64,000 nt of DNA, taken from assembly GCF_009914755.1 (NCBI RefSeq), contig NC_060930.1; one strand, 5' to 3'. A model generated the notes under the pieces. That model was given only the letters and a program-made list of their open reading frames with translations. It was not told where the DNA came from and ran no database searches. Every line of letters starts with the position of its first letter. Position 1 is the first letter of the stretch. Shown here one piece after another: positions 1 to 23,685 of this stretch. A program made the position numbers and the translations under genes. The stretch comes from the human T2T-CHM13v2.0 reference genome, Homo sapiens.

Positions 1-245
1 CACCCTCTCTCAACTCCTTTTCTTGTTTAAGAAAACATGGATCAGCACGGCCACACTATGGGGTCACTGCTCCGCCTTCCCCATTTCTGTCCGGGTCTCT
101 GGCATCCCCAGGGCCCAGTGCGCCTCATCCGACCTGGGACAGGGTAGGCGCTCAACACACCTTTTAAAATCGAACGAATATGCTTCAACTCTAAGGACTT
201 TAAAGTGTAAGTTTTAAAAGTTTGTTTTCGTTTTTAAATGTGACA

Positions 246-246
<1 letters not shown>

Positions 247-290
<44 letters not shown>
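247..290. repeat. (CA)n microsatellite with one interruption, in PREP intron 1
   Basis: About 22 dinucleotide units read directly, interrupted once by AA. Confidence 0.95.
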
Positions 291-291
<1 letters not shown>

Positions 292-399
292 CCCAGCGGA
301 CACTTTCTCCTACCACCATATTTAAGCAAGAGGCTTCGCCAGTCAAAAAAGCAGTGACACCGTCTGTCTTCCCACTCCCTGAAGACACCCATTCTACCC

Positions 400-1310
400 G
401 GGCGTCTGCCCTTGACCCCATTGATTCTAGGAAGCGGCCGGGCGGCGCTGCCCACAGGCTCCGCCGCCAGCACTAGCAGAGTGACCGCCCGCGGGACCCC
501 AGCGCTGCAGAGGAGCCCCGCGCCCCCGGCCCAATTCTCCCAAACAAAGGCCGAGGGGGAGGGGAGGGACGCGGGGGTCGAAGGCCTACAGGAAGAGGAG
601 CTGCGGGTGCCACGGGTCAGGCAGGCTGGGCACCTTTGCCCGGGAGCCCTCTGGGCGGAGGCAGAGATACTTACGGCGGTCTCGTCGCGGTACACGTCGG
701 GGTACTGAAGGGACAGCATGGCCGGGGACAGGCAGGGGGCAGCGTGGAGGGGCGCGGGCTCCGGGAGCGGACCTGAGCTAGCCGGGCTGGCCGCGAGGCG
801 CGGCTGGGGCGCAGGCAGCTGCGGGGCGGCCGGCGGCAGCGGGCGGCCGGCTCACGGCCAGAGCTAGCACAAACGGACTGGCGGCGCGGCGGCGAGGACG
901 TGCAGAAAGCAGGAAGCCGCTGTCTGCGAGGCCGGGAGCCCCTCCCCGGCGGGCGGGCCCAGCGGCGGCGGCGGCGGCAAGAGGGAGCGGGCGGCACCGA
1001 GCGTGCGCTAAGGCCGGCGCACAGCTCCCTCTGCAGGATCGCCGGCCGCGCCCGCGCCGCCCGGGCGCACGGAGGAGCACGCCGGCTACGCGCTCGCCCA
1101 CGCCCGGCCGCCCGCCCGTCCTCTGCGCCGGGGACAAGTCCTTCCACCGAGGCCGGGTCCCCGCGCCTTCCCTAGCGCCCTGCCTCTCTTTGGCCGCGCT
1201 CGCAGGACCGCCTGTAGGAGAGTGAAGCCCCAGGGTTTCCTTGCTGATGGAGTCCCCCACCTTCCCCAGCCTTCCTGTTCCCGGGCTGGTTACGGCGGCG
1301 AAGGGAGACC
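400..1310. promoter_or_regulatory. PREP: CpG island / TATA-less promoter, 5' UTR and start of intron 1 of PREP
   Basis: Very high GC and dense unmutated CpGs, GC boxes (e.g. GGGCGG near 951), and a (GGC)n run at 963-978. Surrounds the PREP ATG and contrasts with the CpG-depleted rest of the window. Confidence 0.9.
675..719 (-). CDS. PREP: Prolyl endopeptidase (prolyl oligopeptidase), coding part of exon 1 (15 codons); gene continues beyond the left edge of the window
   Basis: ATG at 719-717 in context GGCCATGC translates MLSLQYPDVYRDETA, which I recognise as the human PREP N-terminus. It is followed directly by a canonical phase-0 donor GCC|GTAAGT (674-669) and lies in a CpG island. Confidence 0.96.
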
Positions 1311-2309
1311 TTGCCTCTCCCCAGCCTTGGAAGCAGAGGGCTGGAGGTGGCCTTATGTCCACTGCCTGCGACTCTGGACTTGAAGGGAAGAAGTAATCGA
1401 TCATGATGACCGTGAAAGAAACACGTCTCCCTTCATCCCAGGACCCCTGGTGGACACTGGGTGGTTTAGCATCCGGACTATGGAGATGCTTTGGAGGTGT
1501 TGGCAGGACTACGGTTGAGCCCTTATTTGATATTTACCGATTGAGAAAGAACCAAGATTAAGAGGCCTGGAACTCATCAGGGGTATTTTATTTATCCTGC
1601 CTTTTCCTCATTTCCTCTCCTGCTGTCATGCTTGTTTATTGAGCACCTACTGTTTATGGGAAGAAAAGATAATAGACAAGATACTTGACCTCAAACCCAT
1701 GAAAATTTAATAGTTACATGTCATCATCCTCGGGCCAGCAGCGGTATGTGTTCTGGTCTTGCTTCCTGGACCACCCAGAAGAGACTTTATAGCCCCAGCC
1801 ATCAGGGGTATAGTGTGTGCCCAGTGTGTTTTCTATCCCTGGCTTCCAAAAAGTCCTGGAAGAAAGAATAGGTGTGACCAGAAAGTCCTTCACCTCCGGA
1901 ATCTAAGTGGATATGGTAACTATTATAAACTTGTGTCCTCCGTCTCTTTTGTGATATGGTCCCAATTCCATGCCTCACCCTTAGTTCACCATTTCTGTTC
2001 ATAGTGATGTGTCATAATCATTTTCTGCATCTGATCCCAGATACCCCCTCCTGGGGCAATCTGAGAATCCTCAATTCTGGGAGAACTCACGCTATTGATA
2101 ACAAACTTTGTGCAAACACGGGGGCATAGCCCACTACAGCCCAGAAGTCCCAATTCCAGTTCCCACCTCGTGCCTTCCCTGGCTGTCACCTGACGCAGGG
2201 ACTGGCAGGCATTGTCTCCTCCTTCTGCCACTGTGAGGGATTTTTTAAAGAGCAACCCAGGAGCACTTGACCCAGCAGACCCCCTAATGATAATATTAAT
2301 GCTTATGGA

Positions 2310-2475
2310 GTGTTTTTTTCAGTGTATCAGGAAACTATCTAGAACTAATGTCCCTATTTTATAGTTAAGGAAAACGGGCTGACTTTTGCCCAGGACTTCA
2401 CAAAAAGTGAAAAAGTAGAGCCAGGATTCCAACCTAGGTCTCTCCAATACCAATGCTCATTCTTAACCACTCTGA
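2310..2475 (-). mobile_element. MIR SINE fragment
   Basis: ctattttatagttaaggaaaac...gagccaggattccaacctaggtc...cttaaccact resembles the reverse-complement MIR core. Confidence 0.6.
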
Positions 2476-2809
2476 CGGCCTTCCTACTCATAAATAAGTA
2501 GAGATACTCTAGAGTCTACAGGGCACCCATTTGCAGGGAAAACTTCAATTTAGCAGGACCTAAAGAAAATGTGGGAATTGTGGTACCCAAAGGACAAATC
2601 AAACCTAGGTATCATCCTCTCTTCCCTTTCAGTCAGCCGTTCTGGTGCCCAGTTCCTCTGGGCCCTGAGAGGTAAAGGTTTGTAGTGGCACAGACAGTGC
2701 AAGAGGCTCCCAGCAGTAGGTTGTCTGCATCTGGAGTGAGATGGAGTGGGAGGGAAGATGGGAGAGCACCCTTTCCCCTCCTATTGACCACGTTAGTTGC
2801 ACTTTTGTT

Positions 2810-2970
2810 TGCCAATGTGTTGTCTCCTTTAATCCTTATAGCAAAGACCATTTTACAGATGAGGAAAAAGAATCTCAGCAGCTTTAAGGGAATGAGTTCA
2901 AAGTCATCACACAGCTAAGACAATACAAGATTCATATTCATAAGTTGACTGCAAAGTCAACTTTTTCCAT
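2810..2970 (-). mobile_element. MIR SINE fragment
   Basis: ccattttacagatgaggaaa core followed by tcacacagcta. Confidence 0.65.
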
Positions 2971-4981
2971 AGACAATGCAGAGAAAGGAAGTATTTGAAC
3001 TATCTCAGAATGGAAGTGCCACCTCCAGAATAAATACCAGAGCACTCTTTGACCTCTGACACTGTAGACTGTTTTCAGGGGAATTGTAGAATTTACACTG
3101 TGATAACTCATGCTCTAATTCAGAACCCTAGGCCTTTGGGAGAATGAGGGTGAGCAGAGACATAGAAGGACTTCCAGGGCAGCCTTCAGCCTCTCCTCTG
3201 ACCTCAAACTTTGTGCCCCACTCAGTTAAGAAGAGTCACCCTCTGAAGAAGGCAGGCTAGTGATCATTTACTGCTGCTTGGCTGTCTCTACCCCACCTCA
3301 AGTTGCTTATCAAAGCAACCCCCACCCACATATGGTCTCCAAGAGAGGATTTCTGGTAAATGCACAAGGATGCCCACCCAAGGGGCGAAGTGGGGACTGA
3401 AATCCATCTCACTCTCCACTTGCCACACTGCAGACAGGTGCTGGCACATTCACCTGGAGGAAGGGGTGTCTTATTCTCAAGGGACTGCACCTTCCTGGGT
3501 AAAGGATATTTTTCTAATTCACACAAGGGTGCTGTCTTGTTAGCACCCCTTAGAGATGGATGCTTTGAGTGCTGCCTGGATAATCCACCTTTTAATTTGA
3601 CTCTGGTTTCCAGGTAGCTAGCTAACATACTGACTAATTGGTGGAGTGCAGTCATTTCACACTATGTTTCCCCAAAGATTTATGTTGCTTTTTCCAGTGT
3701 GACTTTTAATGGAAATTCTTATGTATTCTTGTATATCTAATCTTTGCAAGGCATCATGAAGTGTGAAATAGCACCTAGGATAAGAGTAAGATTCTCTTTC
3801 AGGCTCTGTCACTAACTGGTTTCCTAACTTTGAATGAGTCCATCATATCATCAATATTTTTATTTAGAAATTGAGACAGTTGGGTTAGGTGGTTTCAAAA
3901 GAATCTAAGATTCTTTAATTCTGAGTGGGAACAGGAGATACAGGAACCTCAAAACTAACTCTGAATTAAGAATAAGATTATCCTGAGGGAGAATTGTCCA
4001 AACGTTATGGACAGATGCAGGTAAGATTGGGCAGTAATTGTCTGTCTACTGAAAAGACTTTCTCCATAATTTTCTTCTGTTTTCAAACCATTCACAAGAG
4101 AAGATTTGGCTCTAGGGACTATTGTTGGGCCTGTAGTCCATACTAAATGCATGGATCTGACCTTTTCAGGAGCTATAACTGTTCCCTTCTAATACCCTTC
4201 TCTCAACATGGGCATATGGTTAAAAGGAGATGTGAAGTGTCTGGAATTACAGCTGTGAAATCTAGGTCTCCACCTCATTCTTCCCCTTCTCAGTTTAATG
4301 CTTGGCTGAATTAAGCACTAATATGAGAGGATAGGGCTGAGTTCAATCCAGATTAAAAATGTGGGCAGAGAAAGTAAATCAAGAATGAATCTGAAGTATT
4401 TTTCTACTTCAGTTCATGGAACTTATTTAAAGCATTTCTAATGAAGTTCCTAAGATAGGAATGTTTTTAAATCAGGAGAGAGGAATATTTTTTCTTAGGC
4501 CGATTGTAGGAGAAAAATCAGGTGTGGCCCCCTGCATGAAAAATGTTTCATTTAAGTAGAAAAAGATGAAATGATCTATTCATCCACTGTTTTAAATGGA
4601 GAACTGAGAACTTAAAACTATTCAATAAATACAACATGTAATAGAAAATGTGTCAGTTCAAAATGATTGGGTATAAAGTTAGAGAGGTAGGAGATTAGGA
4701 AGGAAAAGAAAGGGGGAAAGCGAGATAGACATAGCAAGATGGACACACAGCATCACAGATTTGCTCACACCAAGAAAAGTAAAGATAAGTACTAAAAGAT
4801 AGTATGGAGACAGATAAGCACATGAAAACATGCAGAAAATCAGGGTTGGACAACTGCAAAGAGTTTCATGGAGCCACATTTCATCTTGTGGCCTTTAGGA
4901 TATTGTTACAAATTTTAAGTTCTATTGGAATTTGTAAAACTCTAGGATAATTAATGATATTACCGATATTACCTCTTGGTG

Positions 4982-4982
<1 letters not shown>

Positions 4983-5013
<31 letters not shown>

Positions 5014-5292
5014 AGACAGAGTCTTGCTTTGTCACCCAGGCTGGAGTGCAGTGGTGCAATCTTGGGTCACTGCAACCTCTGCCTCCCAGTTCAAGCGATT
5101 CTCCTGCCTCAGCCTCCCGAGTAGCTGGGACTACAGGTGCCACCAGTGTGCCCAGCTAATTTTTGTATTTTTAGTAGAGACAGGGTTTCACCACATTGGC
5201 CAGGCTGGTCTCGAACTCCTGACCTCAAGTCATCTACCCACCTCAGCTTCCCAAAGTGCTGGAATTATAGGTGTGAGCCACTGCACCCAGCC
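4983..5292 (-). mobile_element. Alu (AluS-type), full length
   Basis: Poly-T then Alu reverse complement; TSD ctcttggtgctttt on both sides. Confidence 0.95.
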
Positions 5293-6731
5293 TCTCTTGG
5301 TGCTTTTCTAATTAATGTAAACTAAGCAGGATATCTGACCTACATGTTCCAGGTTCTTCACCCTGATCAGTATCTCCAGTTTTCTCTGGAGTTAACTGGG
5401 TAGCAACCAGATTGCCTTTCCATTTGCTGCTGCTTCTCTCATGCAGTACTCACTGCTATCTTGATTTAGAAAGAACTAAGCCTATATTAAAGTTTACTCT
5501 GCTGGTCTTATTTGGCATTTATAGTTTAACCATTTATCTGTAAACCACAATGTAGCATTATAGCCTCTGCGAAGTAATATGTTCTGGGAAGTTTTAGTCT
5601 TTATTCAGTCCATTACCCCCTGCACTGTGGAGAGTCAGTGTTCTGTAAAACTCAAAAAGTCCAGTGCCAAGCCGATTTAGGGATTTGCCCCAATCCTTAA
5701 GACAATGTAAAGTACCTAAGCCCTCTTTTGGGGTAGCTCAAATTCCATTGAAAGATAACTGACAGAATTCCCAACTCTCCTGTGGCCTTACCATTTTTCT
5801 CCTCTTTTGTGGGGGAAGGGAGAAAGAAAAACTGCTTTATTGTTTCTGTCAAAGTACTACATGGAAGTTTTTAGTGTGGGCAGTAAGGTGGACTAGACAG
5901 GTCCTGCTAAAAGAAAGAATTGCTATTACGTTGCTCTTACTCTTACTCCTTACACTCTTACTCCTTCCAAACAGATCAGCCATTTAAAAATATGTGCCCA
6001 AAACAGAAGACTGAGAAGCAATAGGGTCCCTGTGATTTAAAACAAAACAAAACAAAACAACTCCAGAGGACATTATTTACATGATATTCCATATAAGTGG
6101 TACTCTCTGGAGTTGTGAATGTAGTTTCCCTGTACTCAAGAAAGGTTGCCCTGAAAATAAATGACTGCATCTGAGTTGTCAATCATAAGTGGCCATCTTT
6201 GAAAGAAAGCATCCTAACGTAGGCTCAGAGATTTTCTACTGATTAAATCAACCATGATTTAAATCACGATCAAAGATCATGCAAGGACACCGTATTGGCT
6301 TTTTGTCTATTAGCATCCAGCAACATTTTCACATCACTTTGCTATCCTCTGTACTGCAAAGGGCTGCAAGCCTAAAAACATTTCCTGAACTCCATTGTCG
6401 GCTCATTTCTGGCTAGGTTCTACCAATGAGAGAAAATAAAGATGAGAATGGGGAGGAAGAGAGGAAGCTTTTCTCTTTTAGCTTAGGTTCCGGCAATGGC
6501 AGGACCCTTCAAATCACTGAAGTCTGCTGCAATAGGAGCATAGTTGGATTGGCAGTGGGGAACCTGGGGCCTCAGAGGCATCAGCAGCTAATTCAGCAAT
6601 TTCAAATGGCCTGTGGACTTCCAGGACCTTGCAGAGCTAGTTGAGCTTCTTATGCAGTAGCAGCAGTAACCAGAATAATAACAGTGGTGCTCACACTGCA
6701 TCAGCAGTATTGTACTCATGAGGTCTGCATG

Positions 6732-7147
6732 TATATTAGGCTGTTCTTGCATTGCTATAAAGGAATACCTGAGACTGGGTAATTTATAAAGAAAAGAAGT
6801 TTCATTGGCTCATGGTTCTGCAAGCTGTACAGGAAGCATGGTGCCATCATCTACATTGCTTCTGGGGAGGCCTCAGGGAACTTTTACTCATGGTGCAAAG
6901 TGAAGCTAGTGCAGGCACATCACGTGGCAAGAGCGGGAGCAAGAAAGAGAGAGGAGAAATGCCACGCACTTTTAAACAACCAAATCTCCTCAGAACTCGC
7001 TATCATGAGGACAGCACCAAGAGGAGGGTGCTAAATCATTCACAAGAAACCCGCTGCCATGAGCCAGTCACTTCCCAACAGGCCCCACCTCTAATACTGG
7101 GGATTACATCTAACATGAGAATTACAGGGGACATCCAAACTATATCA
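6732..7147 (-). mobile_element. MaLR LTR (MSTA/MSTB type), 3' LTR
   Basis: tattaggctgttcttgcattgctataaaggaatacctgagactgggtaatttataaagaaaaga ... ccaaactatatca are typical MST LTR termini. Confidence 0.88.
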
Positions 7148-12835
<5,688 letters not shown>

Positions 12836-13872
12836 ATGGTCCATTCCAAGATGGCCAAATAGGAACAGCTCTGGTCTGCAGCTCCCAGCATGATTGACGC
12901 AGATGGGTGATTTCTGCATTTGCAACTGAGGTACCTAGTTCATCTCACTGGGACTGGTTGGACAGTAGGTACAGCCCATGGAGGGTGAGCTGAAGCAGGG
13001 CGGGGCATCGCCTTACCCGGGAAGCACAAGGGGTCTGGGGATTTCCCTTTCCTAGCCAAGGGAAGCCATGACAGACTGTGCTGGGAAAATCGGGACACTG
13101 CCACCTAAATACTATGCTTTTCCAATGGTCTTAGCAAATGGCACACCAGGACATTATATCCTGTGCATGGCTCAGTGGGTCCCATGCCCACAGAGCCTTA
13201 CTCACTGCTAGTGCAGCAGTCTGAGATCAAACTGCTAGGCAACAGCCTGGCTGGGGGAGGGGCGTCCACCCTTGCTGAGGCTCGAGTAGGTAAACAAAGC
13301 AGCAAGGAAGCTTGAACTGGGTGAAGCCCACTGTAGCTCAACAAGGCCCGCCTGTCTCTGTAGACTCCACTTCTGGGGGCAGGGCATAGCTGAACAAAAG
13401 GCAGCAGAAACTTCTGCAGACTCAAACATCCCTGTCTGATAGCTCTGAAGAGAGTAGTGGTTCTCCCAGTGTGGTCTTTGAGCTCTGAGAATGGACAGAC
13501 TGCCTCCTCAAGTGGGTCCCTGACCCCCGAGTAGCCTAACAGGGAGACATCTCCCAGTAGGGGCCAACTGACACCTCATACAGCCAGGTTCCCCTCTGAG
13601 ACAAAGCTTCCAGAGGAAGGATCAGGCAGCAATATTTGCTGTTCTGCAATATTTGTTGCTCTGTAGCCTCCGCTGGTGCTACCCAGGCAAACAGGGTCTG
13701 GAGTGGACATCCAGCAAACTCCAACAGACCCACAGCTGAGGGACCTGACTGTTAAAAGGAAAACTAACAAACAGAAAGGAATAGCATCAACATCAACAAA
13801 AAGGACATCCACACCAAAACTCCATCTGTAGGTCACCATCATCAAAGACCAAAGGCAGATAAAACCACAAAG

Positions 13873-14895
13873 ATGGGGAGAAACCAGAGCTGAAAAGCTG
13901 AAAATTCTAAAAACCAGAGTGACTCTTCTCCTCCAAAGGATTGCAGCTCCTCGCCAGCAGCAGAAAAACCTGGACAGAGAATGACTTTTACGAGTTGGCA
14001 GAAGTAGGCTTCGGAAAGTCAGTAATAACAAACTTCTCCAAGCTAAAGGAGGATGTTCGAACCCATCGCAAGGAAGCTAAACCTTGAAAAAAGATTAGAC
14101 GAATGGCTAACTAGAATAAACAGCATAGAGAAGACCTTAAATGACCTGATAGAGCTGAAAACCACAGCATGAGAACTACATGATGCATGCACAAGCTTCA
14201 TTAGCCGATTCAATCAAGTGGAAGAAAGAGTATCAGTGACTGAAGATCAAATTAATGAAACGAAGTGACAAGAGAAGTTTAGAGAAGAAAGAGTAAAAAG
14301 AAATGAAAAAAGCCTCCAAGAAATATGGGACTATGTGAAAAGACCAAATGTACATTTGATTGGTATACCTGAAAGTGATGGGGAGAATGGAACCAAGCTG
14401 GAAAATACTCTTCAGGATAGTATCCAGGAGAACTTCCCCAACCTAGCAAGGCAGGCCAACATTCAAATTCACGAAATACAGAGAACACCACAAAGATACT
14501 CCTCAAGAAGAGCAACCCCAAGGCACATAATTGTCAGATTCACCAAGGTTGAAATGAAGGAAAAAATGTTAAAGGCAGCCAGAGAGAAAGGTCAGGTTAC
14601 TCACAAAGGGAAGCCCATCAGACTAACAGCAGATCTCTCAGCAGAAACTCTACAAGCCAGAAGAGAGTGGGGGCCAATATTCAACATTCTTAAAGAAAAG
14701 AATTTTGAAACCAGAATTTCATATACAGCCAAAGTAAGCTTCATAAGTGAAGGAGAAAGAAAATCCTTTACAGACAAGCAAATGCTGAGAGATTTTGTCA
14801 CCATGAGGCCTGTCTTAGAAGAGGTCCTGAAGGAAGCAATAAAAATGGAAAGGAACAACCAGTACCAGCCACTGCAAAAACATGCCAAATTTTAA
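13873..14895 (+). pseudogene. L1 ORF1p, disrupted
   Basis: ATG GGG AGA AAC CAG AGC TGA gives a stop at codon 7. The C-terminal part is open (KRPNVHLIGIPESDGENGTKLENTLQD...QPLQKHAKF). Confidence 0.92.
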
Positions 14896-14958
14896 AGACC
14901 GTCGATGCTAAGAAGAAACTGCATCAACTAATGGGCAAAATAACCAGCTAACATCATA

Positions 14959-18765
<3,807 letters not shown>

Positions 18766-18989
18766 ACAATGAGAACACTTGGACAAAGGAAGGGGAACAT
18801 CACACACCGGGGCTTGTCGTGGGGTTGGGGGTGGGGAGAGGGATAGCATTAGGAGATATACCTAATGTAAATAACGAGTTAATGGGTGCAGCACATCAAC
18901 ATGGCACATGTATACATATGTAACAAATCTGCACGTTGTGCACATGTACCCTAGAACTTAAAGTATAATTAAAAAAATAAAAGAAAAAG

Positions 18990-19740
<751 letters not shown>

Positions 19741-19743
19741 CTA

Positions 19744-19895
19744 CAGATGGTCTCCAACTTATGATGGTTTAACTTATCATTTTTTGACTTTACAATGGGT
19801 ATATCTGGGTATTAAATGCATTTTTGGCTTACAATATTTTTGACTTATGACAGGTTTATCAGGAGATAACCTCATGGTAAGTTGAGGAACATCTG
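19744..19895. mobile_element. MER47-family Tigger (Tc1/mariner) short non-autonomous element
   Basis: Terminal inverted repeats cagatggtctccaactta ... taagttgaggaacatctg, flanked by TA on both sides. Confidence 0.8.
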
Positions 19896-19995
19896 TATTG
19901 ATATTTGCTTGACTTTAACAGAAGAAAAAGAAAAAGTAAAACTGATGGAATTGCTGAAACTTCAGATAGACTTTTCTTTAAAACTAGAGATGTTA

Positions 19996-20337
<342 letters not shown>

Positions 20338-21975
20338 TTATGAAAAGTAAACAGAACTGCATTTTCCTCTACTTTTTTAGGAGCATCAGTTTAATAAATA
20401 ATAGTACATATAAAATCATAATGCTATAGTCTTTATGGAATGTTCTTATGTGTGTGCATGTGTGTGTTCTTACTTAAGTACAAGTTTAAACCTCAGACAG
20501 TATTTATTGATTTCTTATTTTCTGTCCACTCAGAAAGTCATGGTGGACATGGATTGTTTTAAATTCATGTTTAATTGATCTTGAATTTTCTGGCATAACC
20601 CTGGTATCAGAGATACAAGTGGTCTAAGACTACTCTGTGGGCCTGTTTTGTCAACTTATCTGTCATATAATGGAGGGGATGTTTTCTCTAGATACCCCGC
20701 TGAGCTGCTGACAATTCAAAGTTCCCTTTGGAGGTCTTGGGGACCAGAGGCTGGTCTCATTGGCCAGTTACATGTGGCAGAGGGAACGAGGGGCCCTCCT
20801 TGGAGGCAATAGGACACCCTTTAGGTTGGAGACAATACTTAAAGCCATGCTATGGGACCAAGATCCAAGAACCTGGTTAGGGTTTGAAACCTGCCAAATC
20901 TGAAAGTTCCAAAGGCAGACACCAAATTTAGGGTATGAGATCCAGAGTTTGGGGCCTGGAAAATCAAAGCTTTTGTGAATTGTGAACTGTAAAACAGAAA
21001 AGAGGGACTTGGAGAAGGTCCTGAGTAATTACTGCTCACAGAACTTAAAGCATTCACAATCTGCCATGACATGCTATTTAGGGACCAGCAAGAAAGCAAG
21101 GCACAGGTGGTTCTGCAGTAGTAAAAGCTTGAGGTGGATCACTAGTAAGCATGCTAACTGCCATGTAATGTAAGGAAATCTCCATTTTTATAGACAAAGT
21201 ATTCCATAGCCTGCCAGTAGGAAAGCTCCTTTGACCCCTCACTGAGCGGTCACTCAGGTCTTCAGGATGTCTTTCTGCACACATTTCTTTCCAAGAGTTA
21301 GTGGAGTGAGGCTTCTGGGTTTATACTGGTGTCTTACAGTTGCAGTGTTTCTCAGCACTTGCCATCTACTGGCTTAAGGGACAGCAATTCTGAATGCCCC
21401 CTAGGACCTCTTTTTACAGCTTAGACTGGGCAATAAACTCAAAGAAAAAACTCACAGTAAAAATAGTTCACTTGTCCCCTTCTCTAACCCACATATGGAG
21501 ACAAAACAAATTTCTCATAATATACCAACACTTTTAAAAGTGGAAGCCTAATGATTTGAATTCCAGTGGGTAAGGAAGGAAGCAATGTTTTTATGTCCTC
21601 TCCACCTTGGAACAGGGTGGGCTATTTCTCCATTTATGTGGGCTGGCAGCAGATGGGGAGGTAAGGGCTTCTCATGATCCACAGCACCACAGTGCCAGCC
21701 CCCTGTCAAGCCTATATCAAGAAGAGGTGTGCAGGAGAAAGCTGAGTGTTAGGATTTCACCTGGGCAGAAGAATCGGGGGTGCCAGTTGCAGATTCCCGA
21801 AAGAGTGACTGTGACTTGTTGTGGTCCTTTTCCTGTTCCTGGAGTCAGAAAAAAGGGACCAGCTGCTTACTGATCCATCTTCTTTGAAATGAAGTGGAGA
21901 TTAATTCCTAATTGTTCCACTTCTCATACCTACACATCACAAGTGTAGGTTCACTCCTGATCATTTCTGTGTGTT

Positions 21976-22050
21976 TTGTATTGTACTGTATTGTATTGTA
22001 CTGTATTGTAGACAGGGTCTTTCTCTGTTGCCCACGCTGGAGTGCAGTGC
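21976..22050 (-). mobile_element. Short Alu 3' fragment with (TACAA)n-type tail
   Basis: (ttgta/ctgta)n followed by gacagggtctttctctgttgcccacgctggagtgcagtg. Confidence 0.75.
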
Positions 22051-22185
22051 TGACCATTTCTTTATCTTTTCAAGGCAGCCCTGATCCCACAGATAGTCCT
22101 TCATCCCTTCTTCACTAACAGCCCCTCAGTACTGGATTCATACTCTCTTTAAGTCCCAGCCGTTTGAGGTTTCAAAGTTTGCTAC

Positions 22186-22202
22186 ACTGCCCTCTGCTGG
22201 TC
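22186..22202 (-). promoter_or_regulatory. CTCF motif candidate (reverse orientation)
   Basis: - strand reads gaCCAGCAGAGGGCAGt, close to the CTCF core consensus. Confidence 0.55.
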
Positions 22203-22887
22203 TGAACTCGGATTTACCCTAAAATGGGGGGCTCCCATTGCCAAGTACTTGAAGTTCACCCTAGATAAACGGCTTCATCAATCTCTATAGCACTTGATTT
22301 CCTTTCCTTATCTGGTGAAGTTTCCTATTCATATAGAACTTAGAGATGCTTAGGCTCTTGGACAGTTTCTGCAAATGTAGCATGAGGCTCTTGGAAAGGG
22401 AGACTTCTCTACTTAAGGTTACTCCCTGGCTCCTGGCTTAATCTTTTCAGTGACATTTAATTCTACGGCCAATATCTGATGTTTACTCTTGTTTCTAAGC
22501 CATGGATCCTTTCTTGGTCCTCGAGTACGTTAGCCAATATGTCACCCAGATCCTTAAAAAGAGTTAGGAAACCATTCCCTGAGGTACCCTAGAAGTCTGC
22601 AGTGATACCAGTTGCTTCCAGTCTATTCTGATGAATACTGTTCCTATGAAATCACTGGTGCATACCACCTACAACTGCCAAGATCACTCATCCTGTGTGT
22701 TTAACCCAGGACTGTCTGCTTCCAGTCTGCTTTAGAAATCACGTACAAATATTTTTAAAAATATTATCTACTAATAAGGCAATCTCTCATCACAGTACAG
22801 TACAAACACAAGGTGTGTTATTAAGGATTTATCTGGCACCACAAAATTTGCCATAAAACTTCAAAGTCTTAAGAATAGGATTATCTA

Positions 22888-23685
22888 AAAAGCTCAACAT
22901 CACTGATCATTAGAGAAATGCAAATCCAAACCACAATGAGATATGATTTCATGCCAGTCAGAATGGTGATCATTAAAAAGTCAAGAAACAACAGATGCTG
23001 GTGAGGCTGCAGAGAGATAGGAACACTTTTTTCTGTTGGTGGGAGTGTAAATTAGTTCAACCATTGTGGAAGATGGTGTGGCAATTCCTGAAAGATCTAG
23101 AACCAGAAATACCATTTGACCCAGCAATCCCATTACTGGATATATACCCAAAGGAATATAAGTCATTCTATTATAAAAATACATGCATGTGTATGTTCAT
23201 TGCAGCACTATTCACAATAACAAAGACATGGAATCAACCCAAATGCCCATCAATGATAGACTGGATAAAGAAAATGTGGTACATATACACCATGGAATAC
23301 TGTGCAGCCATAAAAAGGAACAAGATCGTGTCCTTTGCAGGAACATTGATGGAGCTGGAAGACATTATCCTTAGCAAACTAACACAGGAACAGAAAGACC
23401 AAACACTGCATGTTCTCACTTATAAATAGGAGCTGAACAATGTGAACACATAGACACAGGGAGGGAAACAACACACACTGGGGCCTGCCTGGCAGGGTGG
23501 AGGGCATGGATGGAGGGAGAGCATCAGGAAGAATAGTTAATGCATGCTGGGCTTAATACCTAGGTGATGGGTTGATAGGTCTAGCAAATCATAAGGGCGC
23601 ATGTTTACCTATGTAACAAACCTGCACATCCTGCGTGTGTACCCCAGAACCTAAAATAAAATAAAATAAAAAACGTAAAAAAAAG
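22888..23685 (+). mobile_element. 5'-truncated L1PA (about L1PA10-12) 3' end
   Basis: ORF2 C-terminus [13 protein letters not shown]...LSKLTQEQK; 3' UTR gcatgctgggcttaatacctaggtgatggg; A-rich tail. Confidence 0.9.

Noticed and set aside
246-719. 157-aa ORF starting MLSLQYPDVYRDETAV
   Set aside because: Only the first 15 codons are PREP exon 1. The rest is read-through past the GTAAGT donor into intron 1, ending in the TG repeat (CVCV).
412-1404. Several 90-208 aa Arg/Pro/Ala/Gly-rich ORFs on both strands
   Set aside because: Expected stop-poor frames in a GC-rich CpG island; no recognisable domain.
13198-13272. L1 ORF0 (antisense) homologue
   Set aside because: The start codon reads AGG rather than ATG (RVDAPPP instead of MAGAPPP) and there is an early stop, so it is not intact.
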